From positions 26,201 through 90,200 of the forward strand of contig JAPPGE010000022.1 in the NCBI GenBank assembly GCA_028821455.1: DNA of 64,000 nucleotides, in the 5' to 3' direction. Within the stretch, counting starts at the first letter, position 1. Every line of letters starts with the position of its first letter. The DNA is from a bacterium (GTDB lineage: Bacteria > Pseudomonadota > Alphaproteobacteria > SP197). The notes under the pieces are model-generated. The model was given only the letters and a program-made list of their open reading frames with translations, did not search any database and was not told where the DNA came from. The translations under genes and the position numbers were made by a program. Shown piece after piece: positions 9,261 to 18,479 of this stretch.

Positions 9261-11291
9261 TCATGGATGGGGTAGAGGCGGCGGCGTCCTCTCGTTTGGA
9301 TTGTCCAGGGCGCGCGCCCATCCATGCCCGGCGTGGACCGCGCCCGCAATCAGATGCGGCGCATCGCAATCGCCGATTTTCGAGATCGAGACCGCAGCAT
9401 CCGGCGGCACATTGGCGCACAGGTCCCGATAGAGCGAGTCTTCGGGCGTGCGCGATGTCAGCAACACCACCGACGAGGCCGGAAGACTCAGGCCCGCGCC
9501 TCCGTGAACGCAATCGAGGACGACGTGATCATCGGCGATCCTGTTCATGGACTTAAGGCGCACGACCGCAATCTCGAGCTCGACCATGCGCGCGGCAACG
9601 ATGTGCTGCTCCATCGTCAGGGCCAGGAACGGGGCAACTTCCGATGCCGGTGTCACCAGCGTGACATCGAGCCCGAGCGATTTGAGCCGCTCCGCGATGA
9701 CGTTGCCGAGATACGTGCCGTCCTCGTCGTAGACGACGACCCGTCCGGTCGGAACCCTGCCGTCCATGATGTCGTCGGGCGTCAGAACGTGAGCACCGGC
9801 AGAAACCGTCAGGGATTCGGCCGACCATCGGCCACGGCCATCGCGTCGCCAGTTCGCGCCTGTCGCCACCACGATGTGCTGGGCGCCGAAGGAGAGCGCC
9901 GTCTCGGCATCCAGAGCGCTGGAGGTGTAGAGTTCGGCGTTGGCCATTTGCTGCAGGCCGTGGATGCGGTGGTCGGCGACTCGCAACCACTCGCCGAGCC
10001 CGGGAAGAGCGCTTTCCCGCAGCACGCGTCCGCCCAGCTCCTCGCGCGCCTCGGCGACCGTGACCGTATAGCCACGGCGAGCCAGGACATGGGCGCATTC
10101 AAGACCCGCGGGTCCTCCTCCAATGACGAGGATCGTATCGTTTGAACCTGCTGGCGGCAGGCTTTCGGGATGCCACCCGCGCCGCAATTCCTCCATCATC
10201 GTCGGGTTCTGCGTGCAGCGAATGGGCGAATAGGAAAACTCGCCCGAGACGCAGACGTTGCAGCCGATGCACTCACGAATGTCATCGGATCGCCCTTCCC
10301 TGATCTTGCGAGGCAGGAACGGATCGGCGATTGACGGACGTGCCGCACCCACAAGGTCAAGGATGCCCCGCCGAATTTGCGAGACCATGGTGTCGGGCGA
10401 CGTGAAGCGTCCGACGCCGACCACCGGCTTGTCGACGACCGATTTGACGAACGCCGTGTCCTGCTCCTGGAAGCCCTCCTTCGCAAAGCGGGACGTCTGG
10501 GAATCCGCCGGCCATTCGGAAATGTTGACATCCCACAGATCCGGGATGTCCTTGAGCATCTCCACCAGTTCACGGCCCTGCACGGGATCGTTGTCGATCT
10601 CGTTGACTGCAAAGCGGAACGCCACCGCGCAGTCATCGCCGATGTCTTCCTTCATGTCCTCGAGAGCCTCGCGCAGCAACCGCGCACGATTCTCCAGAGA
10701 ACCACCGTACTCATCTCCCCTGTCGTTGAAGCGCTGCTGCAGAAACTGGCTGAAGATCGACAGACCATGGCTTGCGTACGCATAAACGACATCGAAGCCG
10801 GCAGATCGTGCGCGCCGCGCGGCGGCTCGATGCTGCTCGCGCACACGCCGGATGTCGCAAGCATCCATGGCCCGCGACTGGAAGGGCTCCACCGACTCAA
10901 GTGTCAGATGTGATGCCGGTCCCAGCACGGCGAGACGGCTCGCCCGATTTCCGGCAGCCAATCCAATGTGCCCCAGTTCGACCGCGGCAAGGGCGCCATG
11001 GCGATGAATGGCGTCCGCAATCCGGGCAATCGAGGCGATGTGGTCGTCATGCCAGAGATGGAGGGACGGAAAGGGCCAGAACTCGGATTCGGGTCCGACT
11101 TCCGCGATCTCGGTCGAAACGATCCCCCAGCCGCCTTCCGCCTTGATCTCGCGCATGCGGGCAACGGCTTTCGGCGCCCAGTCGCTCATGCCGGTGCAAT
11201 GGGGCACCTGAACAAAGCGATTTGGGGCCGTGACCGGCCCGATCCGGACCTCCTCGAACAGTATGTCGTATCGTGGGTCGCGTTGTGTCAT
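9261..11291 (-). CDS. NADH:flavin oxidoreductase (OYE TIM barrel + 4Fe-4S) fused to an FAD/NAD(P)-binding domain; trimethylamine-dehydrogenase / DgcA / StcD (N-methylproline demethylase) family, 676 aa
   Basis: MTQRDPRYDILFEEVRIGPVTAPNRFVQVPH... is an OYE-like barrel. CIGCNVC is the 4Fe-4S motif. ILVIGGGPAGLECAHVLARRG is the Rossmann motif. The size and domain order match TMADH/DgcA/StcD. Confidence 0.85.
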   Translation of the reverse strand: MTQRDPRYDILFEEVRIGPVTAPNRFVQVPHCTGMSDWAPKAVARMREIKAEGGWGIVSTEIAEVGPESEFWPFPSLHLWHDDHIASIARIADAIHRHGALAAVELGHIGLAAGNRASRLAVLGPASHLTLESVEPFQSRAMDACDIRRVREQHRAAARRARSAGFDVVYAYASHGLSIFSQFLQQRFNDRGDEYGGSLENRARLLREALEDMKEDIGDDCAVAFRFAVNEIDNDPVQGRELVEMLKDIPDLWDVNISEWPADSQTSRFAKEGFQEQDTAFVKSVVDKPVVGVGRFTSPDTMVSQIRRGILDLVGAARPSIADPFLPRKIREGRSDDIRECIGCNVCVSGEFSYSPIRCTQNPTMMEELRRGWHPESLPPAGSNDTILVIGGGPAGLECAHVLARRGYTVTVAEAREELGGRVLRESALPGLGEWLRVADHRIHGLQQMANAELYTSSALDAETALSFGAQHIVVATGANWRRDGRGRWSAESLTVSAGAHVLTPDDIMDGRVPTGRVVVYDEDGTYLGNVIAERLKSLGLDVTLVTPASEVAPFLALTMEQHIVAARMVELEIAVVRLKSMNRIADDHVVLDCVHGGAGLSLPASSVVLLTSRTPEDSLYRDLCANVPPDAAVSISKIGDCDAPHLIAGAVHAGHGWARALDNPNERTPPPLPHP

Positions 11292-11355
11292 GTCGTCAGT
11301 TCCCGTCCAGGATCAACGGGGCGGCAGCCTTGGATGACCACCGCCCCGGCAGACG

Positions 11356-12456
11356 TCACAGTCCCGCCTTGACTTCCTCGAAAAGGGTCTGGAGGTCGGA
11401 CTCCCCCTGAATCGGCTGCTGATAGATTCCCGCAGCGAGGATTTCCTGGGGGTTCTTCGACAGTCCGAGCGCCGCAAGCACATCTTCGCTCACGAGGTCG
11501 AAGGCCGACTGCGTGGCGGCACCGTAACCGAAGACCTCCATCTCGTATGCGCGCGAGCGCGGATCGAGAAAGGCGTTGATCAACGCGTGGGCCTTGTCAG
11601 GATATGGACTGTCCGTCGCGATCGACAGGCCGCAGACCCAGGTCATGGCGCCTTCCTTCGGGTTCATGAACGCAACCGGAAGACCCTCGCCCTTGAGGCG
11701 GACGACCGACTCGTTCCAGGTCGTGGCTGCGACCAGTTCGCCGCTGGCCAGACCCTGCTCCATGCTCGTGTAGTCGTTCGAGTAGTAGCGCAGGTTGGCG
11801 GTCAAATCCTCGAGATAGGGACGGATCGTATCGAGAGCGTCCTGCGTGGAATAGTCAAACGGATTGTCGAGACCCGCAACGATTCCGGCGATGACCACGC
11901 CATCAACGAGACTGTCGAATGCCGCCACCTGGTTCCTGTACTTGGGGTCCCAGAGAATCATCCAGGATTCGTCGTCGACATACTCGGGCGCGAGATCGGT
12001 TCGGTAGAGTATCGAGGTGAGACCCCAGTCCACCGGCACCCAGTAGTGGTCGCCGCCGATGGTGCTTCCCGGAACGTCCTTCAATGCCGGAATGATGTCA
12101 TCCCAGTTGGAAAGGCGCGAGACATCGACAGGCTGGAGCAGGCCCGAATCGACCCACTTCTTGATGCTGTAGTTGCAGGGAAACACCACGTCGGGTTTGA
12201 AGCCCGCGCGCATCTTGGCGATGCCCTCTTCCTCGTCGCCCCAGAACGTGAACTCCGGAGCAGCGCCTTCCTGTTCGACATAGGCCTGCCAGAGATTCTC
12301 GTCATCGTAGCCGGCCCATCCGAAGTAGGTGGCCTGGCCTTCATCGGCCCGCAGGCCGTGGCTGGTCGAGGCAAGATGGAACGTCGGAACGACGCCTGCT
12401 GCCGTCAGCCCTGCCAACACGTTGCGGCGGTTTAACGCAACAAGGGGATGTTTCAC
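11356..12456 (-). CDS. Periplasmic ABC substrate-binding protein, PotD/PotF (polyamine/quaternary amine) family, Tat-type signal
   Basis: GTG start at 12456 with an AAGGAGG ribosome-binding site. MKHPLVALNRRNVLAGLTAAGVVP is a twin-arginine-like leader. No permease or ATPase genes are adjacent. Confidence 0.8.
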   Translation of the reverse strand: MKHPLVALNRRNVLAGLTAAGVVPTFHLASTSHGLRADEGQATYFGWAGYDDENLWQAYVEQEGAAPEFTFWGDEEEGIAKMRAGFKPDVVFPCNYSIKKWVDSGLLQPVDVSRLSNWDDIIPALKDVPGSTIGGDHYWVPVDWGLTSILYRTDLAPEYVDDESWMILWDPKYRNQVAAFDSLVDGVVIAGIVAGLDNPFDYSTQDALDTIRPYLEDLTANLRYYSNDYTSMEQGLASGELVAATTWNESVVRLKGEGLPVAFMNPKEGAMTWVCGLSIATDSPYPDKAHALINAFLDPRSRAYEMEVFGYGAATQSAFDLVSEDVLAALGLSKNPQEILAAGIYQQPIQGESDLQTLFEEVKAGL

Positions 12457-12592
12457 GGTAGCCTCCTTATGATTGTCTTCGCATGTCTGTGTGGGTGCTG
12501 GGCCCAGGATTGCCGACCAGTATCGGTTTGGCAGACGACAGGGTTCAATTGTCCCATTTGGGACACACGGCAATCGGCGCTATGATTGTTCC

Positions 12593-13612
12593 ATGCAGGC
12601 CGTCACCGACATGTTGATGGAGGTTGCCGGTTCGATCGGAACCAGATCATTCTATTGCGATGTCATGCTTGGGGTGTTCGAGACAGTGGCGTCCGACGAC
12701 TGCCAGGTCATTCACTACCCTGCAGGCGGTCGACCCGAGTATGTCGTCGACGAACACACGCCGGAGCGCCTGCGCCGTCTCTACCGCAGGTTCTGTCCCT
12801 ACGATCCCTTCTATCGTGATTGGCGCATGACCCATCGGCCAGGATTGCGCCGGCTGAGCGATGTCCAGCCACCGGACTACGATGAGGGCGGCTACTACAC
12901 CAGCTTCTACAGCGTCACGGGCTACGCAGACGAACTGGGGCTCCTGTTTCCCGCCCTGAAGGGTTCTGCCATCGGTGTCTTCGTTCAGCGCGGCGATGAC
13001 TACCGCCGCGCCGAAGTCGAATTCCTGTCGCGTCTGTTCCCGGCTCTTCGGCGCCTCCATGTCGCCCACAGGCGACAGTTGTTCTGTGCCCTGGCGACGA
13101 ATCACGCCAGCCTCGACTCCAGCGGAGTTGCGATTGTCGAGCCTTCAGGACGGATCGCCTATGCGACCGACTCGTTGCGGGCAGTTCCACGGCACGAAGA
13201 CGTCACCATCGAAGCGGTGCGGTGTCACGCTGCGTCCGATATCGGGATCGTGCCGACAAGAATTGGTCCGGCGACGGTGACCAAACTCGATTGCTTCCCC
13301 TTGGCGCCATCGGCATGGATCGTGGTGTTTGGCGCAGGTTCGCATCACACTGATCTGGACGCTGCGTTGGTGAGTTTCGGCGGAGGCTTGTTGAGCCGAC
13401 GGGAACACCAGATCTGTTGCCTTGCCTTTTCCGGTCTCGGCAACGTGCACATCGCGGACGTGCTCGGCATCAGCGAAGGCACGGTGAAGAACCTTCGCAA
13501 GAGGCTCTACTTCAAGATGGATGTCACGTGCGAACGCGAGCTGTTCGCGCTCTTCCTGGCGCACCTTCGAGCCGGCCACAAGACGCAGATCTGGCCGACC
13601 GTCTTTCCGTGA
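12593..13612 (+). CDS. LuxR-family transcriptional regulator (C-terminal HTH; N-terminal domain of unknown function)
   Basis: The C-terminus LSRREHQICCLAFSGLGNVHIADVLGISEGTVKNLRKRLYFKM is the LuxR/GerE HTH signature. Divergent from the binding-protein gene. The internal ATG at 12593 is preferred. Confidence 0.7.
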   Translation: MQAVTDMLMEVAGSIGTRSFYCDVMLGVFETVASDDCQVIHYPAGGRPEYVVDEHTPERLRRLYRRFCPYDPFYRDWRMTHRPGLRRLSDVQPPDYDEGGYYTSFYSVTGYADELGLLFPALKGSAIGVFVQRGDDYRRAEVEFLSRLFPALRRLHVAHRRQLFCALATNHASLDSSGVAIVEPSGRIAYATDSLRAVPRHEDVTIEAVRCHAASDIGIVPTRIGPATVTKLDCFPLAPSAWIVVFGAGSHHTDLDAALVSFGGGLLSRREHQICCLAFSGLGNVHIADVLGISEGTVKNLRKRLYFKMDVTCERELFALFLAHLRAGHKTQIWPTVFP

Positions 13613-13755
13613 CGGGCTTCCGGGGTTTTCCGGTACATCGCCCGACGGCGAGCCTCGACCCGAGCCGATCGAAGGACAACCGGCAGTCTGCGGCAAGGAT
13701 GACGTCAAGCGTCGCGATTGTACGATAGTCCGCGTGCCGTGAAGCTTCCCGGAGT

Positions 13756-14874
13756 TCATCGCCCGATGAACGGCAGGCCTGTGACCTCTCCGTCGCGCTG
13801 GCCGTCGGGTGTCGCGACCGACACCGGCGTTCCAGGATCCCAGGCGTCGCGTTCCATCATGGCGAGGGCGATGTTGGCGGCAAGGTCGGGCGAGAAGGCC
13901 GCGGATGTCACCTGCCCTGCCGGTGCGCCGGAGCGCAGCACGGGCCAGGGTTCGATACAGGCTGGCGCCGCTCGCCCATTGAACCTGATGCCGCGGATGA
14001 TTCTCGCTGGACCGCCCGAGTCGCGGATGCGCTCAAGGGCATCGCGGCCAATGAACTCCGCGGGCGATTCGAGATTCACGAAGCGGTCGAGAGCACACTC
14101 GAAGGGATTGTTGGCGAGCGTCATGTCGTTGCCGTGAGAGAGCAGGGCGCCCTCGATGCGCTCGATGAGATTCGGACAGCCCGGCCCCACATGAAGGTCC
14201 CCGCCGGCGGCGAACAGCGCATCCCACAGGGCCTGTCCGCTGGCCGCATCGTCGATGTAGATCTCGAACCCGCCCTGCTTGGACCAACCCGAACGCGCCA
14301 CCACGAATGCATGGCCGGCAAAGGGCAGCACCGCGAAGCCGAAGAAGCGGATGTCGCGCACCCGATCGCCGAGCACTCTCGAGAGGAGGTCGTCGGCCCT
14401 GGGGCCCTGGACGGCGATGGGTCCGACACCCGGTTCGAAGACACGCGCGTCGAGGCCCAGGCCAAGGGCGAGGCCCTTGCCCCACAGCGCCACATCGGAA
14501 TCGGCGAGGGAGATCCAGAAGCGGTCGTCGGCAAGCCGCAGAATGACCGGATCGTTGATCATGCCTCCCGCCTCGTCCACCAGGGGCGCGTAGGCGCACC
14601 GACCCGGAGCCAGGCGGGAGATATCGCGCGGCGTCATCAGCTGTACGAGGCGGGCCGCGTCCGGGCCCACCACCTCGACCTGCTGCTCGCAGGTGACATC
14701 CCAGACCTGAACATGCCGCTTGAGATGATGGTAGTCCTCCTCGAGTCCACGGAAGAACGTCGGCAGGAGCATGTGGTTGTAGACGGTGAAGCCGCCGACA
14801 CCCTGTGCCTCGATCCGTGACGAGAAGGGGGTGCGGCGGGTGCGGCGCGACATCGAGATCACGGGTTCATGCAT
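13756..14874 (-). CDS. GcvT-family aminomethyltransferase, DmdA-like (THF-dependent demethylase)
   Basis: SRRTRRTPFSSRIEAQGVGGFTVYNHMLLPTFFRGLEEDYHHLKRHVQVWDV... Close resemblance to dimethylsulfoniopropionate demethylase DmdA as I recall it. The aminomethyltransferase folate-binding domain is present. Confidence 0.8.
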   Translation of the reverse strand: MHEPVISMSRRTRRTPFSSRIEAQGVGGFTVYNHMLLPTFFRGLEEDYHHLKRHVQVWDVTCEQQVEVVGPDAARLVQLMTPRDISRLAPGRCAYAPLVDEAGGMINDPVILRLADDRFWISLADSDVALWGKGLALGLGLDARVFEPGVGPIAVQGPRADDLLSRVLGDRVRDIRFFGFAVLPFAGHAFVVARSGWSKQGGFEIYIDDAASGQALWDALFAAGGDLHVGPGCPNLIERIEGALLSHGNDMTLANNPFECALDRFVNLESPAEFIGRDALERIRDSGGPARIIRGIRFNGRAAPACIEPWPVLRSGAPAGQVTSAAFSPDLAANIALAMMERDAWDPGTPVSVATPDGQRDGEVTGLPFIGR

Positions 14875-14959
14875 GGTCCGGTTCCTGGAGGCCGAGAAAA
14901 CGCCGCAATCGTGCTACGGTCGGTCGTCGGTGTATAGTGTCCGGCGAGAGGGGCAGGAC

Positions 14960-15601
14960 ATGGTGAAGCTCGATATTCTGCAGAGGGTCTACGAGTGCGG
15001 GGACCTCGAAGAGCTGCGCGGAATCTATGATTCCTGGGCCGAAACCTACGACGCGACAATACCCGGGGCACTGAACTACCGCGGTCATGAATACATTGTC
15101 GATGCCGTGCGTCCCCATCTTGGCGACGACGCCAGGATTCTTGATGCCGGGGCTGGCAGCGGCATGGTCGGACTGGCAGCGGCACGGGCGGGGTTCACCC
15201 ACGTCGACGCCATGGATCTCTCGGCGGGCATGCTGGAAGTTGCGAGGGACCGCGGTGTCTATCGCGAGGTGCGGACCGGCGTTCTCGGCGAAGCGCTGGA
15301 CTATCCCGACAACGCCTATGATGCCGTTCTCAGTTCGGGTGTTTTCACGCCCGGCCATGCGCCGCCGGCCTCATTGGACGAAATCGTCCGTATCGTGAAA
15401 CCAGAAGGGCTTGTCTGCTTCACGTTGCGCCACGACCAGACTCCACCGGGGTTCATCGAGAAATTCGATGAACTCGCAGAAGCCGGATCGTGGCAGCAGG
15501 TGTCGGTGAGCGAGCCATTCCAGTCCATGCCGGGGGGCGAACCGGAGATCCGGCACCGGACCTGGCTCTTCCGGGTGACATCGGGACGCCCGGCAGCGTG
15601 A
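14960..15601 (+). CDS. Class I SAM-dependent methyltransferase (213 aa)
   Basis: ILDAGAGSGMVGLAAARAG is methyltransferase motif I. ATG at 14960. Divergent from the DmdA-like gene. Confidence 0.75.
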   Translation: MVKLDILQRVYECGDLEELRGIYDSWAETYDATIPGALNYRGHEYIVDAVRPHLGDDARILDAGAGSGMVGLAAARAGFTHVDAMDLSAGMLEVARDRGVYREVRTGVLGEALDYPDNAYDAVLSSGVFTPGHAPPASLDEIVRIVKPEGLVCFTLRHDQTPPGFIEKFDELAEAGSWQQVSVSEPFQSMPGGEPEIRHRTWLFRVTSGRPAA

Positions 15602-16278
15602 CGGGCGCGGACCCGGAGCCCGGACGACAGGTTCGCGTCTGGGATCGCCCGACGCGGGTGTTTCACTGGGTTCTCGTCGTCCTCTTCATCGTCTGCTATG
15701 TGAGCGGCGACCGTGGCAGGTTCGATATCCACGTCATTGCCGGCCAGGCCTTGCTGATCCTTGTCGTGGCGCGGATCATCTGGGGGTTCGTGGGCAGCGA
15801 TACCGCCCGGTTCCGCCACTTTCTGCGGCCCGTTGGCGAGATCGTGGCCCATGTGCGGTCCCTTGGTGAGCGACGGCCCGGCCACGATGCCGGTCACAAT
15901 CCCCTTGGAGGACTGTCCGTTGCCCTGATGCTGTTCGTTCTCGTCGTCCACATGGTGTCCGGGCTCTTTGCGGTGGATGTCGACGGATGGAACGAAGGGC
16001 CGCTGTCGCATGTCGTGAGCTACGAAGCGGCACGCAACGCCTCGGGCGTTCACGCCGTCACGGTCGACATACTGCTGGTGCTTGTCGCCCTCCATGTCGC
16101 GGCTGTCGGATTCCACTGGCTCTACAAGCGCGACAATCTCGTCCTTCCCATGGTGACGGGCCGCAAGCGACTTCCTCCGGAACGTGAGGCCCTGCGCCTC
16201 GTCCCGGATCTCTATGCCCTTGCCGCCCTCGCCGTTGCAGCTTCAGCCGTGCTCGGAGTGGTGTCGCTCGCCGGATAG
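15598..16278 (+). CDS. Cytochrome b561 family (CybB/YceJ-like di-heme membrane cytochrome)
   Basis: RVWDRPTRVFHWVLVVLF...HNPLGGLSVALM...LHVAAVGFHWLY; four TM helices with conserved His. The GTG start overlaps the methyltransferase stop (GTGA). Confidence 0.75.
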   Translation: MTGADPEPGRQVRVWDRPTRVFHWVLVVLFIVCYVSGDRGRFDIHVIAGQALLILVVARIIWGFVGSDTARFRHFLRPVGEIVAHVRSLGERRPGHDAGHNPLGGLSVALMLFVLVVHMVSGLFAVDVDGWNEGPLSHVVSYEAARNASGVHAVTVDILLVLVALHVAAVGFHWLYKRDNLVLPMVTGRKRLPPEREALRLVPDLYALAALAVAASAVLGVVSLAG

Positions 16279-16281
16279 CGT

Positions 16282-16755
16282 TCAGTGGTCCTCGGCGCGG
16301 AAGACCGAGTGACAGCCGCCGCACCCGTCGCGCCCAAGGGCCATGAAGGCCTCAGCCTGTGAGTCGCCATCTCCCGAAGCCAGCGCCGTCTCGAGCAGGG
16401 CCGCCCGCTCTCCCAGGAGCTGTGCCGCCATCTCGAAGTCCGACCAGTTCTCCCAGATGGCATCGAGGGCTCCGGTCCGCGGCAGGGCATCCACGCCGGT
16501 CCCCGGAGGGAAGAGCGGTGGAATGGCGGTGGCCGCGTCCTTCAGGACACCGGTTGCCGCTAGCGCCTCCTCCGCATCGTTGCGGCCGGAGAGGAAGCCC
16601 TTGATGGCCCGCATGGATTTTCCCATTTCCTTCATGACCACTTGGCGCTCCTGGCTCAGCCTCTCGGCCTCCTCGAGGCTGACGGCGTCGTCGCCTGACC
16701 AGGCTACCGATCCCAGCACAAGAGAGACAACCGCCGTCAGGATGGTCATACGCAT
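16282..16755 (-). CDS. Cytochrome c' (class II cytochrome c, Pfam PF01322), 157 aa with signal peptide
   Basis: MRMTILTAVVSLVLGSVAWS is the signal peptide. The C-terminal CGGCH heme-binding motif and four-helix-bundle layout are present. A GGAGGA ribosome-binding site precedes the ATG at 16755. Confidence 0.85.
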   Translation of the reverse strand: MRMTILTAVVSLVLGSVAWSGDDAVSLEEAERLSQERQVVMKEMGKSMRAIKGFLSGRNDAEEALAATGVLKDAATAIPPLFPPGTGVDALPRTGALDAIWENWSDFEMAAQLLGERAALLETALASGDGDSQAEAFMALGRDGCGGCHSVFRAEDH

Positions 16756-17033
16756 GGCCAGTTCCTCCACGTCTTGAACTGCGCAAGAGACTGGAACAGT
16801 TTGCCCGGAGCCTGCAAGTTCCGGACAACGATCCGGACGGAATCCGGCCCCCGGCAGTCCGCCGCGGAGACCTTGCGCAAGAAGCTGGAGCGAAGGCAGG
16901 GCTTGACCCGGCATCCCGATTGCGTGAATCGTGGGGCCTACCAGGGCCACGGCGAAATGGACAAGGCGGCCGACGCGATCCCGGGTCATGGGTCAAGACC
17001 ACTGGCAGTTCGACAGGGCGGGGAGGTGCAGCA

Positions 17034-18479
17034 ATGAGCAGAGGCACCACCGTCTTTGCCGTGATCGTTTCCGTGCTGCTCATCGGCGCGGCCGGTGTGC
17101 TCAACATGCTGGCAAGGCAAGGCGGCGACGCGGTGTTCGCCGATGCGGTCGCGATGGCAACGGAGATTCGCGACAGCGTGCAGGAGACCGGGGCGTCGGC
17201 TGTCGATGGAGCCCTGGAGACGACATCACGGCTGGTGGCGGCCCTTGAATCCGTTCCCGACCTTACAGCCGATCTCGCTGAGGATGTGGTTGCATTGAGG
17301 GAAGGGTTGCAACAGAGAAGGCTCGTGATCGATGCCATCCGTGATGCGGATGCGGCACTCTCCGAATCGATCGATGCCTGGAGATCGGCAGTGGAATCGG
17401 CGGCCGGCGAAGCACCGGACCTTGTCGGGCTCACGGAGGACATGGACCGATACCTCACCGGGGCCGGCCCCGCTCCTCCACTTGATGCCGTGCGTTCCCA
17501 CGGCGATGTGACTCTTGTCGCGGCCGCAAACAGGCTGGTGTCTGAAAGGCGCGCTCTGGACGAGCTGCATCAGGGGCTGGCTTCCGACAGGGTGACCGGT
17601 GTGGCCGAGCAACTTGTCATGTCCCTGGAGATCGAGCGTGCCCGCCGGGCGCTTGTCGTGCGCAACTATGACGATGGTACGGTTGCCGCCCTCGGTGCTC
17701 TGGTGCTGTTCTGGGTTCTGCTCGGCATCCGCGGTCGCCGTCGCAGTGAGCCGGCGCAACAAAAGGCCGATCCCGTAACGGGAACACTGTTCATCCGCGG
17801 TACGGCGGCAGCGGTGGCGATGCGGGCGCAACGTCTCGCCTCGCACACCAATGCGCTCAGAGAGTCCCGCCAGAGACTTGAAAGCGCCATCGCGGAGGCC
17901 GGACTCGACCGGTCGCTCAATGACGATGCTCCCCTTCACCGGGAAGTGGAGGCGATGGATGGTCATCTCGCCACCCTGCGCGACGAAACCGGCGAACTGT
18001 CGGCTCTGGGCCAGCGTCTGTGGACTCTTGCCGGGGAGACAGCGCCGGCGTCGACGGCCAGTATCAACGCGTGCGTCAGGGAAGCACTCGAGGCGATCAG
18101 GGCAGGCCACCGGATTCCCGTCATGACGGAACTTGCCAATGTCGGTCATGTCAGGGGTGTGGCATCCGACATCGTGCTGGCCCTGACGGCCCTCATCGAA
18201 CGCGTCCTCACGGCCTCCCGGGTATCGGGACTGGACCACAGCGCCATTCGCGTCTTCACCACGGCCGGCGATGACCAGGTGCACGTCACCATCACCGGAG
18301 GCGCTCCGCTGCCGCGGTTGACGGAGCGCACGTTCAGGCCATCCGGCACCTCCCACGAGCTGGCGCTGGCCATCGCTCTCCTCAGGCGTCATGGCGGCAG
18401 CGTGACCCTGGGTTCGTCCATCGCCGGGGAAGCCTCGGCGCGCATATCCCTTGCCGCCGCATCGGGAGACCAGACATGA
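17034..18479 (+). CDS. Membrane sensor protein with a C-terminal histidine-kinase-like ATPase (HATPase_c) domain; 2 TM helices flanking a roughly 200-aa periplasmic domain; no clear H-box
   Basis: TM1 is VFAVIVSVLLIGAAGVL. TM2 is VAALGALVLFWVLLGI. At the C-terminus, DIVLALTALIERVL is N-box-like, VHVTITGGAPLP is G1-like, and GTSHELALAIALLRRHGGSVTL is G2-like. A GGGAGG ribosome-binding site precedes the ATG at 17034. The stop overlaps the next gene. Confidence 0.6.
   Translation: MSRGTTVFAVIVSVLLIGAAGVLNMLARQGGDAVFADAVAMATEIRDSVQETGASAVDGALETTSRLVAALESVPDLTADLAEDVVALREGLQQRRLVIDAIRDADAALSESIDAWRSAVESAAGEAPDLVGLTEDMDRYLTGAGPAPPLDAVRSHGDVTLVAAANRLVSERRALDELHQGLASDRVTGVAEQLVMSLEIERARRALVVRNYDDGTVAALGALVLFWVLLGIRGRRRSEPAQQKADPVTGTLFIRGTAAAVAMRAQRLASHTNALRESRQRLESAIAEAGLDRSLNDDAPLHREVEAMDGHLATLRDETGELSALGQRLWTLAGETAPASTASINACVREALEAIRAGHRIPVMTELANVGHVRGVASDIVLALTALIERVLTASRVSGLDHSAIRVFTTAGDDQVHVTITGGAPLPRLTERTFRPSGTSHELALAIALLRRHGGSVTLGSSIAGEASARISLAAASGDQT

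Noticed and set aside
16774-16786. FNR/NnrR-type box (TTGaactgcgCAA) near cytochrome c'
   Set aside because: The spacing is one short of the TTG-N8-CAA consensus. It lies between the ribosome-binding site and the start codon, not at -41.5.
17034-18479. Conventional two-component sensor kinase
   Set aside because: No response-regulator gene in the vicinity and no clear H-box. Retained as a histidine-kinase-like ATPase sensor coupled to the OLD nuclease instead.
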